A DNA stretch of 64,000 bases from Candidatus Methanoperedenaceae archaeon (lineage in GTDB: Archaea > Halobacteriota > Methanosarcinia > Methanosarcinales > Methanoperedenaceae), in assembly GCA_963753595.1 (NCBI GenBank), contig CAVWCX010000036.1, positions 64,001-128,000 of the forward strand, in the 5' to 3' direction. The notes beneath the pieces are model-generated. The model was given only the letters and a program-made list of their open reading frames with translations. It made no database searches and was not told where the DNA came from. This document shows, in pieces, positions 20,091 to 29,891 of this stretch; within the stretch, counting starts at the first letter, position 1, and each line of letters starts with the position of its first letter. The translations under genes and the position numbers were made by a program.

Positions 20091-20807
20091 ATGCCTTTAC
20101 TTGAGATCAAAGAAATTACATATGGGGTGAAAGAAAAAGAGATTTTTTCAGGACTCTCACTTGTAGTTGATCCGGGGGAAGTCCACGCAATTATTGGAAA
20201 AAATGGTACCGGGAAAAGCACTCTTGCATATCTGATCATGGGATGCGAAGGTTACATTCCCGCAACAGGAGAGATAATGTTTGACGGAAAAGTCATAAAT
20301 CACCTGTTGCTGCATGAAAGAGCAAAGCTTGGAATTACTATGGCATGGCAGGAGCCTGTGAGGTTTGAAGGCATTTCCGTAAAGGATTACCTGACCCTGG
20401 GAAATAAAGAAATTGACCCATCGAGGTATCTTGAATTGGCAGGACTGAATCCGGGGCTTTACCTTGAAAGGACAATGGACAGGACCCTTAGCGGCGGTGA
20501 AAGAAAAAGGATCGAACTGGCATCTGTTGTTACACTTAATCCAAGACTTGTTATCCTTGATGAACCCGACTCAGGCATAGACATGCTTTCGATCCAGGAC
20601 ATTTTGAATGTCATCACTGAATTCAAGGAACACGGAGCATCAGTGCTTTTAATTACACACAGGGAGGAGATCGCAAATATCGCTGACAGGGCCTCTGAGA
20701 TATGTAATGGAAGAATAATCTGTTCTGGCACACCTTTGAAAGTCACCAGTTATTATAAATCCAGAAAATGTGAAGTTTGCATCGAGGAGGAATGTGTATA
20801 TGTCTGA
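20091..20807 (+). CDS. sufC: SufC/SmsC-type Fe-S assembly ATPase
   Basis: GKNGTGKST, LSGGERKR, LDEPDSG, C-terminal CEVC...C. Confidence 0.88.
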   Translation: MPLLEIKEITYGVKEKEIFSGLSLVVDPGEVHAIIGKNGTGKSTLAYLIMGCEGYIPATGEIMFDGKVINHLLLHERAKLGITMAWQEPVRFEGISVKDYLTLGNKEIDPSRYLELAGLNPGLYLERTMDRTLSGGERKRIELASVVTLNPRLVILDEPDSGIDMLSIQDILNVITEFKEHGASVLLITHREEIANIADRASEICNGRIICSGTPLKVTSYYKSRKCEVCIEEECVYV

Positions 20808-21735
20808 GCTTGATGAATTGATGAAGACATTCGGAGAAGCTGGCGGCGATAAAAGCATCCTGGCAAAAGAAGATATTTCACATATTGTAGCAAGCGGTCA
20901 TAAGATATTGAGTATGAGGGCAGTAAAAGGTATTGAGGTCGAGGCCGCCGGGACCGAATCCGGGATTTCAGTTAAGGTAAAGGTGCTTGAAGGTACCAGG
21001 CTTTTGAATCCTGTACATATCTGCTTCGGGGTTCTCCATAAGAGCGGTATCCAAAGAATAAATATGGATGTAAAATTTGAAAAAGATTCAGGAGCAAGCT
21101 TCATCGCTCATTGCATTTTCCCGAAAGCCGAAAAAGTAAAGCATATCATGGACGCGGTGATCGACATCGGTGAAAATGCAACAATGAGATATTCCGAGGT
21201 ACATTATCACGGGATATATGGGGGGATAGAGGTATATCCAAAAGCTGTTGTAAAAATCGGAAAAAATGGGAAGTATTTCACGGATTTTTTATTAGTCAGT
21301 GGACGTGTGGGGAAGCTTGAGATCGATTATTCGGTTAAAGTTGGTGAAAATGCAGTAACTGAAATAACTGCGCGGGTGTTCGGGCATGGGAATGATAATA
21401 TTTCAATAATGGATAAGGTTGCACTTGATGGTGCGAATTCAAAGGGGCTGATAAAAACAAGGGTGGCGATCGAAGATAACGCACAGGCGCAAGTAACAGG
21501 TATTACGCAAGGCAATGCTCCGGGTGCAAGAGGGCATGTTGACTGCATGGAGATCGTCAAGGACAAAGCTGTGGCAAAAGCAATACCTATTGTGATGGTA
21601 AGTAACTCGCTTGCGAAAGTAACACATGAGGCTGCTATCGGAAGTGTTGATAAGAAACAGCTTGAGACCCTGATGGCACACGGCCTCTGTCCTGAGGAAG
21701 CGGTTGATGTGATCGTGAGGGGAATTTTGAAATGA
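20800..21735 (+). CDS. sufB: SufB/SmsB-type Fe-S scaffold
   Basis: PVHICFG, ARGHVDC.E, THEAAIGSV. Confidence 0.88.
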   Translation: MSELDELMKTFGEAGGDKSILAKEDISHIVASGHKILSMRAVKGIEVEAAGTESGISVKVKVLEGTRLLNPVHICFGVLHKSGIQRINMDVKFEKDSGASFIAHCIFPKAEKVKHIMDAVIDIGENATMRYSEVHYHGIYGGIEVYPKAVVKIGKNGKYFTDFLLVSGRVGKLEIDYSVKVGENAVTEITARVFGHGNDNISIMDKVALDGANSKGLIKTRVAIEDNAQAQVTGITQGNAPGARGHVDCMEIVKDKAVAKAIPIVMVSNSLAKVTHEAAIGSVDKKQLETLMAHGLCPEEAVDVIVRGILK

Positions 21736-21787
21736 AAAAATATTTAACAGTTCATCAAATTTGGTGAAGCTAAATGAGGTGATATAA

Positions 21788-22054
21788 ATGGGAAGGATAA
21801 ATAGCCAGACAAATGATAACAGGATAACCCTGGTACGTATAGGGGATACTCAGATCGGTCTTGCATCTGTGGGTGAAATATTTGAAAGAATATACCAGGG
21901 AAAGAAGAAACCGGAAGAGATCGAAAGAATTGAACTTGTCAGGGAACTTTCAGACTATAATTATGTGCCAGACGGATCATGGAATGAATATGCAGATGTT
22001 CTGGTCAGTGAATATGAAAAATATTATAATAAAAAGCTCATGAAATCAAAATAA
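21788..22054 (+). CDS. hypothetical protein
   Basis: GAGGTGA RBS; protein-like ORF (YNYVP...EY). Confidence 0.65.
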   Translation: MGRINSQTNDNRITLVRIGDTQIGLASVGEIFERIYQGKKKPEEIERIELVRELSDYNYVPDGSWNEYADVLVSEYEKYYNKKLMKSK

Positions 22055-22158
22055 GATAATGCAGATACGCTATCACAAATCCGCGTTTATCGGCGTCCCG
22101 ATTACCCGTCGGGAGCGAAGAAGGTATATCTTCATAGAACTCAATTTTAAATCATATT

Positions 22159-22371
22159 ATGAATGAAGGTAATAATCGAGGAAATATTAAAGTCGGATCA
22201 AATGTCGGGGTAGTTTTAAAACAAGATCAAAGGAGTGGAAAAATAACTCAAGGCATAGTAAAGAGAATTTTGACTAATTCTTCCAATCACCCGCATGGAA
22301 TAAAGGTAGAATTGGAAAATGGGCAGGTTGGAAGAGTGAAGGAAATTCATTTAAGTACAGGGAAAAAATAA
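22159..22371 (+). CDS. YwbE family protein (DUF2196)
   Basis: VLKQDQRSGK.T.G.V..ILT.S..HPHGIKV.L..GQVGRV. Confidence 0.92.
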   Translation: MNEGNNRGNIKVGSNVGVVLKQDQRSGKITQGIVKRILTNSSNHPHGIKVELENGQVGRVKEIHLSTGKK

Positions 22372-22437
22372 TCGTAAAGACCCCTCAGTGAAGCTCCCAT
22401 CCAAAGCAGAGCTGTGGGGTATTCCGATAAAATAAAT

Positions 22438-22659
22438 TTACAACTTCTGGTTCTGAATATATTTGTCAGGGCATGATATGCATATTTTACAATTGCACCA
22501 ATTCATTCCTACGAGTTCTATATTATTGTCCAGAATATATAAATGTTCAATCTCTTTAACAGTGAATCCAGCTTTTAGCAGCTTTATGCGGTATAGGCTT
22601 TCACATAAAAGTGGTTTTGTACTATTCATCGTCTCACCCCGGTCATGGACGTTCCACAT
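22438..22659 (-). CDS. small hypothetical protein
   Basis: ORF with C-terminal Cys cluster; start uncertain. Confidence 0.4.
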   Translation of the reverse strand: MWNVHDRGETMNSTKPLLCESLYRIKLLKAGFTVKEIEHLYILDNNIELVGMNWCNCKICISCPDKYIQNQKL

Positions 22660-22697
22660 TTATGATCCTGCCTGCCGGTTGACAATATGATAAAAAA

Positions 22698-22723
22698 AAG
22701 ATAGGTGAAATTTCACCTATCTT
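22698..22723 (-). terminator. perfect palindrome plus T-run
   Basis: AAGATAGGTGAAA/TTTCACCTATCTT next to an A-run, downstream of the 22741 gene. Confidence 0.6.
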
Positions 22724-22740
22724 ACAGCCTTTTTTCCGGT

Positions 22741-23985
22741 TCAGTCCTCTTTTTTAGAACCATTTTTTCTCGTCTCACGTTCTCCTTTCTTCTCAACAAT
22801 GTTAGAGCTTTCTGATTTTTTTGACTTTTCTATATCTCCTGAATTCTCAATCTCTTTACCATTCTCAACTTTTTTATTTTCCAGGACTTTGAGTTCTAAT
22901 CCTTTAAGTATTTCATCAGGATTGAGTTCTGAAAGTTTCTTATTGATCCCATCAACGATTCCGGACTTTGTTGTTTCATTAAGATGGAATTTATATTCTA
23001 CTTTGACATCGGTAAAGTTCCCTTCAACTTTTGCTTTGACATCAAGTTTTACCCTATAATCCTTCGAATCTTTTTCGTTCTCTGATGCGGTCAATGTTGT
23101 TGTAGGAGCTCCTGTAACATCTGTGTCGTCATCTTGTTCAAGCTTTAAATTTTCACTTAGATTTATTCTGAGGTTATTAAGTTCATCAAGTGTCTCTTCA
23201 ACAATATCTGTTTCATTGGTACTGTTTGTCTGGAATCTCAGATAGATATTGACAGTCGAACCATTATCCGTTACCTCTGCTTTTATCTGGGTTCGCTCCT
23301 TTGCATCCGCAGATTCATCATGCTCTTCTACTCTTCCATCTTCTTCCATTTCAACCCGGCCAAATTTTCGTGCCGTCCTGGATCTAAACTTTTCCTCAAG
23401 GTCCTTGCTGTTGTTGTAAGCTCTCTCCAGTCCTGTATTATTAGGGTGTGAGATACTTAGATTTTCAAGAATACGCTGATGCTTTGATATCATCTGCTGT
23501 GCATGGATGAGTCCAGTATCATTGTCGGAAAGTTTAGACATTGAACCGTTTACTTCATTGATTTTCGCTTCATACTCAGCAATTGCTTTGTTTGCTGCTC
23601 CAGTATCATTTCTTTTAAGAGCGGCTCTTGCTTCAGCTATCCTCTTTCTTGCATGAGATACCTGTTTTCCCAGTTTTTCACTTGCATTGAAAGTGAAGAC
23701 CTCACCTATATTTTCAAATGCTATGCTTAATCCATATAATGCATTTCCGGGACCGATCAGACTATCATCTTCAGTCTCATCATCATCCGCTACAGTATCA
23801 TTTAAACCGACAGTTAATGTTTCAGTTGAGTTTCCCGTTACAGTTAGTGTTTCGGTTGAATTTCCCGTTACATTTACTGAGGGTGTTTCATTACCCGTAC
23901 TATTCTCTATAGCCCCAGCCATGCCTATAGTAAAGGCCAGGACTATCAGGATCACGCCTGTCAGGGTTATATTTCTCAATCTCAT
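22741..23985 (-). CDS. secreted DUF5667-like glycoprotein
   Basis: Signal peptide, VTGNSTETLT repeats, PGNALYGL..AFE / HARKRIAEA motif; start reassigned to ATG 23985 after a GAGGTGA RBS. Confidence 0.7.
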   Translation of the reverse strand: MRLRNITLTGVILIVLAFTIGMAGAIENSTGNETPSVNVTGNSTETLTVTGNSTETLTVGLNDTVADDDETEDDSLIGPGNALYGLSIAFENIGEVFTFNASEKLGKQVSHARKRIAEARAALKRNDTGAANKAIAEYEAKINEVNGSMSKLSDNDTGLIHAQQMISKHQRILENLSISHPNNTGLERAYNNSKDLEEKFRSRTARKFGRVEMEEDGRVEEHDESADAKERTQIKAEVTDNGSTVNIYLRFQTNSTNETDIVEETLDELNNLRINLSENLKLEQDDDTDVTGAPTTTLTASENEKDSKDYRVKLDVKAKVEGNFTDVKVEYKFHLNETTKSGIVDGINKKLSELNPDEILKGLELKVLENKKVENGKEIENSGDIEKSKKSESSNIVEKKGERETRKNGSKKED

Positions 23986-24369
23986 AATTTCACCTCTTTT
24001 TTTAGTCGGCATTTTGCCGGTAAGAACTATTACGCTTATCATGAATTTAAGCAAACTTACTGTCTAATAATATTTTAAAGTGCATTCTTACCCGGAAAAG
24101 TGTTAAATAATTTATAATCGTCCTATTTCCTTTATATAACCTTTATAACAGATAAAACAGGGAAAAGAACTATTAAAAACAAAGAATTGTTGGTGATCCT
24201 GCCTGAGGCACAACTCCGCTGAAAATATAATATTACTTAGACGTGGGGTCAAGGGGTAGAGAACCCTGCGCCCTTCGAGGGCGCAGATGAATCGTACCCC
24301 TGCTTATAGATTAGTTTCACACCACTCTATCATAAGGGCTATATGTATTCAGAACTATGTCTATGCTGC

Positions 24370-25530
24370 ATGAAAATAACGTATCAGTTCAGGATATACC
24401 CTAACAAAAATCCAGAGGTTATCATGAATAGAACTCTATCTACATGCAGAAAACTCTATAATGAAAAACTTGCAGAACGAAAGAAGCAAGCAGAGCTTAA
24501 TCGGTTGAGAAAATCATTTGATGTTTTTCCGTGGGGAAAACCGGAATGGATAGACTATTATGAGCAGAAACTTGGTTTAACAGCTACCAAAACACTATTT
24601 CAAAAAGAAGTCCATTCTCAGGTACTCCAAGATGTGATCAAAAGGGTTGATCGAAGTTTCAAGAATTTCTATAAGGGTTTCGGCTATCCACGGTTTCAAG
24701 GAAGAAATAGATACAATAGTTTTACGTATCCCCAATCGGGTTTTGAACTGAAAGATGGAAAACTCATTCTCTCTAAGATCGGGGCTATCAAGATCGTCCA
24801 GCACCGGGAAATCGAAGGTAAAATCAAGACCTGTACCATCAAGAAGGATATTGACCAATGGTATGTTTCCTTTTCATGTGAAATCGAAGAGCATATCCCG
24901 GTTGAAGTCAAAACCAAAACAGGAATAGACGTTGGATTAATCGACCTGATAACCCTGAGTAACGGGGAACAGGTCAAACCGCCGAAGTTCCTGCGGGAAT
25001 CAGAGGATAAGCTGACACAGGAACAGAAGCGGTTAAGCCGGAAAAGGAAAGGGTCAGGGAAAAGGAATAAGCAGCGGGTGATAGTATCAAAAGTACATAG
25101 AAAAATCAGGAATCAAAGAAAAGATTTTGCTCATAAGACCAGCAAGGTTCTTGTGGATTCCTATGACCGTATCGTGTTTGAAGATTTGCAAATAAAGAAC
25201 ATGGTGCAGAACCATCATCTTGCCAAATCCATATCCGATGCAGGCTGGCATCAATTAATGCAATTCACGAAATCCAAGGCAGAATGTGCCGGGAAAACAG
25301 TTGAATTCGTTAATCCGGCTGGAACATCCCAAACCTGTATCTGCGGATATCCTGTACCGAAAGACCTTTCAGTGAGGATACATCGGTGTCCTTCCTGTGG
25401 TCTTGTCATGGGAAGAGATCAGGTATCTGCAATATTAATCGAAAATAGATGTACGGTAGGAACTACCGGAATTAACGCCCGTCAAGGATATCTCGTAGTA
25501 TCAATGCAGCGGGACGCTCCGTGGCTTTAG
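24370..25530 (+). CDS. tnpB: TnpB RNA-guided endonuclease
   Basis: YQFRIYP, GYPRF, RuvC GIDVG / VFEDL / RD, Zn finger TSQTC.CG...CPSCG. Confidence 0.95.
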   Translation: MKITYQFRIYPNKNPEVIMNRTLSTCRKLYNEKLAERKKQAELNRLRKSFDVFPWGKPEWIDYYEQKLGLTATKTLFQKEVHSQVLQDVIKRVDRSFKNFYKGFGYPRFQGRNRYNSFTYPQSGFELKDGKLILSKIGAIKIVQHREIEGKIKTCTIKKDIDQWYVSFSCEIEEHIPVEVKTKTGIDVGLIDLITLSNGEQVKPPKFLRESEDKLTQEQKRLSRKRKGSGKRNKQRVIVSKVHRKIRNQRKDFAHKTSKVLVDSYDRIVFEDLQIKNMVQNHHLAKSISDAGWHQLMQFTKSKAECAGKTVEFVNPAGTSQTCICGYPVPKDLSVRIHRCPSCGLVMGRDQVSAILIENRCTVGTTGINARQGYLVVSMQRDAPWL

Positions 25531-27259
25531 AGGTTGACCGACATTTGATATCAAATACAGTTTATTCAAGCAATGTTTCAGCAATAATTGCCTAATTTTT
25601 CAGACAAACAAAAAAAAACGATACTTCTTCTCCAATTTAACATCTTACTTCAATAAATCCATTCAAAAAGTTCCACATTCTTCTCAGGTTTGAAGCAATG
25701 CAGGTAAGATTGAACTCAATTTTCGCCCCATTAATCCCTCTCAACAGAAATTCCCTGAACCCAAGATTCCTCTTGATATGACCAAAGATGCACTCCACGA
25801 CCTTTTTCCTCGTCTGATATGTCAATGCTCCCTCTTTTGACATCAATTTAGAAGCCATCTTCCTTCTTTCCTCTTCCATCCCCTCATAATTCTTGATCAC
25901 TTTTCCATCCCGAGAGTTCTTTGAACATTTTTTACGATCAGGACATTGCTTACACTGAGTGCCTTTATAAATCCGCACATTTCTGTTTTTGGCAATATCC
26001 ACATACTCAAAACGGAACGTCAGTTTCTGATTATTGGGGCAAATGAAACAATCTTCTATCGGGTCATAATCGAAATTCTCTTTACCGAATGGGTTTTCTG
26101 GTTTTCCTTCATTTTTGTTCAGGTTTGATGCCGTTTTTTCATCCGGGATATAGCCATCCAGCTTTTTTTTCTTCATGAATTTGAGATTCTTGCTGCTTGA
26201 ATATCCATTATCAGCACTCACCTTCGTACCTTCCGGAAGGGTTCCAACATTCTCTTCTGCCTGTATTATCTGAGGCTGAAGCTGATTTGCATCCCTTACC
26301 TCTGACGTGACATCGTTGGAAATGATTATCCCAAAAGAAGAATCCGCTGTTATCTGAGGATTATAGGAATATTCAGTGACCTTCTTGTTATTTGGCATGA
26401 ACCTGCTTTCAGGATCAGTAGCACTGATGGCACTCTCTGATTTTTCGATTTCTTTTTCGATCTTATCAACCTGTTTCTTGATTTTTTCTTTTTGTTCTTT
26501 GCTCCCTGACTGATATTTCTCTTTCAATTTTTCCGCTATCGTTTTGTCAAAGATGTTATCTGGCAGCTCATCGATATTCTTATCACCATGGATCCTGTCC
26601 TCTTCCTCGTCTATTCTGATGCCTTCTTCCAGTTCTCTTTCAACGAGTTCCTTCAATTTTAAAAAATCATCTTTTGTTACTGCACTGTGATTTGATGCAT
26701 TGGCTTTTATTTTTGTTCCATCAATGCATATGTGACCAAGAGATACCATGCCAAGATCTTTTGCGAATTTTACAACTTCATGAAATGATGATTTGACCAT
26801 TTCAAGATTGTTTTTCCGAAAGTCGCTTATCGTCCTGAAATCAGGTTGGAGAAGACCTGCAAGGTAAATGTATACCACGTTCTCTCTAGCATTTTTTGCT
26901 ATTATCCTTGATGAACGTACTCCATCTATTTGACCCAATATCAGAAGCTTGAGGATGAGTTTTGGATGATATGCGGGGTGTCCTGCTCCTTCGTATTCCT
27001 TTTCGATATCAGATAGATCCATATTCTGGATTATTTTATCAACCAGATGGCAGATGTGATTTTTTGGTATCATATCACGAATGTTTGGAGGTAAGAGCAG
27101 TTCCTGGTCTTTGAGGTCTTTATAGAAAGTCATATTTATTTAAAAACTGTATTTGTATGATATAAATGTTTTGAAATTATTTCGCAAGCAATGGGCTTGA
27201 TTATAATTTGGAATTATGGAAAAATCGGAGAGTTTTTCAGTTAATTATCGGACAGCCTC
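25530..27259 (-). mobile_element. IS1182-family element
   Basis: Imperfect TIR GAGGTTGACCGACA / GAGGCTGTCCGATA (11/14); 5-bp TSD CTTTA at 25525-25529 and 27260-27264. Confidence 0.9.
25637..27133 (-). CDS. IS1182 transposase
   Basis: YHPK, PDFRTISDFRK, IDGTKIKANAS, DPESRFM, ADNGY, RKKVVECIFGHIK. Confidence 0.93.
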   Translation of the reverse strand: MTFYKDLKDQELLLPPNIRDMIPKNHICHLVDKIIQNMDLSDIEKEYEGAGHPAYHPKLILKLLILGQIDGVRSSRIIAKNARENVVYIYLAGLLQPDFRTISDFRKNNLEMVKSSFHEVVKFAKDLGMVSLGHICIDGTKIKANASNHSAVTKDDFLKLKELVERELEEGIRIDEEEDRIHGDKNIDELPDNIFDKTIAEKLKEKYQSGSKEQKEKIKKQVDKIEKEIEKSESAISATDPESRFMPNNKKVTEYSYNPQITADSSFGIIISNDVTSEVRDANQLQPQIIQAEENVGTLPEGTKVSADNGYSSSKNLKFMKKKKLDGYIPDEKTASNLNKNEGKPENPFGKENFDYDPIEDCFICPNNQKLTFRFEYVDIAKNRNVRIYKGTQCKQCPDRKKCSKNSRDGKVIKNYEGMEEERRKMASKLMSKEGALTYQTRKKVVECIFGHIKRNLGFREFLLRGINGAKIEFNLTCIASNLRRMWNFLNGFIEVRC

Positions 27260-27807
27260 CTTTAGCCCGGAGCAGTTCACAACCTTAAAATTTATCATTA
27301 ATAAGATATCTTGGTTTTGCCGAAAAGGTAAGGCCGAACTTCGAATATTTCCTATCGTGCGGCATTCCTGCGGGGACGCGCCGCCGATGGCGGGGTTTCA
27401 TATATGGTCAATGGTTGCAAAATCAATAGTCTAAGATAACATGTCTAACCTGCTCATATCCGGGGATTTTTTAAACCATTTTATCTCTAATCCAGATCCT
27501 CCCTCAACTGGGCAGCGCTTGTAAAAAAGCTGTCCGTGGAATAATGAAGCACCAGGCTGATAGTATCTGTGTTTTAACTTTTGAATGGGTTACCTTGCGT
27601 AAGACAGACTTTGATACATTCTTTGGGAAAAGATACTTTGGATAAAGGCAATAAATGTTTTATAGCATAACAGCGTAATTAATAATGAGGAGTAAATCAA
27701 TACAGTGGGGAAAACCATAATTGCAAATTAACAATATATTTTTATAATTAAGTTCTAATTATAAAAATATATCAGTACAATGAAGTAAATCCGGAGGAGT
27801 ATAGAAT

Positions 27808-28938
27808 ATGGTCAGGAAAAGTAATATTAAGAACGAAGAGATAGAAGAAAACAAAGATATTTTCAAGATATGGGCTGGCGGTTATACAGCAGTTTCTAAA
27901 ATGTGGGAAGATTCTTACAAAAAGGTATACCGGCCCTGGCTTGAATCCACTGGAGAGATGTTTGACAAAACAGCTCTTCTCTCAAAAGAAGCCGCGCCAC
28001 AGAAATACACGGAATTTTATGATGAATGGATCAAAACATACCAGAATACTTTTGGTAAACTTTACCCGATCCCAACACCACAATCCAATAAAGAAATAAT
28101 TGAGAAATTCTTATCAAGGACCGATGAATCAAACAAACTGATCAAGTCGTGGATTGACGAGTTAGAAGAAAATTTCAGGAAAACAAAAGATATACTCGGG
28201 GATGAACCGGATCCTGCAAAATATAAGGAATGCAATGATCTCTGGATGAAGTCTTATGAAAAAATATTCGAAAATCTCCTGAAACTACCTTCTGAAAAAA
28301 ATACAAAAGAGTTGTTTGGGGAATACGCTGGAATATCTGATTTCTACCAGGATGGCTTTTTGCAGTTGTCAAAATTATGGAAGAGATCATATACGCAGAT
28401 TTGCGAGCCAATGAATGAATCCATGCTGAAACTTTCTGAGAAAATGTCAGATATCTCACAGGGGGATGCAAGTCCTGAAAGCTATAAGGAATTTTATAGC
28501 TTGTGGGTAGATGCCCAGAAAGAAATATTTGAAAAGTATGGAAAGTCCAACGAACTTTCCAGGGAAATGTTTGAGAATTTTATAGGGGCCACTGATATTT
28601 ATCTGGGCATGTACAAGTCATGGATAGCAGCGCTGGAAGAAATATCGGGTAAAGCCCAGGAGTTGTCAAAACAAAGCACTGGAACGGAAACATATAATAA
28701 ATTTTATAATCTCTGGATGAAGACCTATGAAAAGGCTTTTGAGGGATTTTTTGAGGAAATTCCGGCGGCAGGACCTATGAAGGAGATTGTGGGGCCCATA
28801 AAGACCATGACCAGAATGTATACGGATACATTTTCAAGGATGTCAAACATGTGGATGAGCTCAGGAGCAAGCCCGGGAGTTAGTGCAGCATCAGCATATC
28901 CTGGAAAGAATAAACACAGAGGGATTCACCCGTCTTAA
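27808..28938 (+). CDS. PhaE-like repeat protein
   Basis: Four YxEFYxxWxxxY-type repeats resembling PHA synthase subunit PhaE. Confidence 0.55.
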   Translation: MVRKSNIKNEEIEENKDIFKIWAGGYTAVSKMWEDSYKKVYRPWLESTGEMFDKTALLSKEAAPQKYTEFYDEWIKTYQNTFGKLYPIPTPQSNKEIIEKFLSRTDESNKLIKSWIDELEENFRKTKDILGDEPDPAKYKECNDLWMKSYEKIFENLLKLPSEKNTKELFGEYAGISDFYQDGFLQLSKLWKRSYTQICEPMNESMLKLSEKMSDISQGDASPESYKEFYSLWVDAQKEIFEKYGKSNELSREMFENFIGATDIYLGMYKSWIAALEEISGKAQELSKQSTGTETYNKFYNLWMKTYEKAFEGFFEEIPAAGPMKEIVGPIKTMTRMYTDTFSRMSNMWMSSGASPGVSAASAYPGKNKHRGIHPS

Positions 28939-28968
28939 GGCGGGAAAAATCCATTTTTTTTTACAATA

Positions 28969-29733
28969 TTATATCAAAAGCAGCCCCTTTTGCCAGTCAT
29001 TGGTTATTTTCATAGCCGCCCTATCTTCATCCACTTCACCCTTCTTCTTCAGGAAGTTGCACTCTTTTCCGATCAGCAGAAGTACATCATAAGAATCCTG
29101 TCCTTCTATTGTCACATGGTATAAGGATTCCAGGGCAGTTTTATTCTCAGCGCATAACTTCTCTATTATCTTCATGGCTACTCCTACCTTATCCCGCAGG
29201 TGTGTTGCATCCTTAACACCAAGAAGTCCCTGGATATACTCATCGTTCTCACCAAATGGTATCACACCCGGCGTATCCATAAACATGATGCGTGAACCTG
29301 CATCCACAAGTTGAACTCCTCTTGTGAAACCTGATATCGGGGACGTCCTGGCCGAATGCCTGCCTGATACGCCATTTATCACAGATGATTTACCCGTATT
29401 GGGATAACCAATGGAACCCACCAGTATGTCACGCCCTTTTATGCCTGCGATCTCAAGGATCTTGTGTCTTAACAAAGTTGTCCCGAACTTTTCCTGGGTA
29501 GACACAAAGACCGTGGGTGCGATCTTTGACAATCGGGATTTGGTTTTTTCAAGTGTTTCCTTTGACACAAGATCGCATTTGTTGATGACTATTATGAAAG
29601 GTTTATTTGCCCGCGATATATCTCGTTCAACCTCGCTGTTCCGTGTTTCGTCCGGAAACCTGGCATCTATTACTTCAAGAAGAATATCCGCTTTTTTTAT
29701 AACATCTTTTACCATCAACTTGTAGCTTGCCAT
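28969..29733 (-). CDS. circularly permuted YlqF/RbgA-family GTPase
   Basis: DARFP, NKCD precedes GYPNTGKSS, DTPG. Confidence 0.92.
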   Translation of the reverse strand: MASYKLMVKDVIKKADILLEVIDARFPDETRNSEVERDISRANKPFIIVINKCDLVSKETLEKTKSRLSKIAPTVFVSTQEKFGTTLLRHKILEIAGIKGRDILVGSIGYPNTGKSSVINGVSGRHSARTSPISGFTRGVQLVDAGSRIMFMDTPGVIPFGENDEYIQGLLGVKDATHLRDKVGVAMKIIEKLCAENKTALESLYHVTIEGQDSYDVLLLIGKECNFLKKKGEVDEDRAAMKITNDWQKGLLLI

Positions 29734-29849
29734 GCTCGTGATATTATGCAGGATGATATAAGGATGTATTGTGAGATTAGAAATATTGTGAGATGAGAAA
29801 TAAAAAATAAAAAGTATCAGAAAAAAACATGCGATTAATTTATAAAGGT

Positions 29850-29878
29850 TGTCTACCTGAAGAGAAAAAAAGTTGACA
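29850..29878 (+). promoter_or_regulatory. BirA-type biotin operator upstream of bioY
   Basis: TGTCTAC-N15-GTTGACA, matching the TGTxAAC-N15-GTTxACA consensus, just after a TATA box. Confidence 0.7.
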
Positions 29879-29891
29879 ATGGTGATAAAAT

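Larger units (their letters stand above)
24250..27280 (+). mobile_element. IS200/IS605-family tnpB-only element interrupted by IS1182 (left boundary approximate)
   Basis: Left hairpin CTGCGCCCTTCGAGGGCGCAG; reconstructed right end GCTCCGTGGC-TTTA-GCCCGGAGCAGTTCAC ending at 27280. Confidence 0.8.

Noticed and set aside
27280-27800. SRP or RNase P RNA, or a coding gene, in the GC-rich intergenic stretch
   Set aside because: Conserved motifs not found and no convincing ORF; the 27216-27434 ORF spans an IS junction
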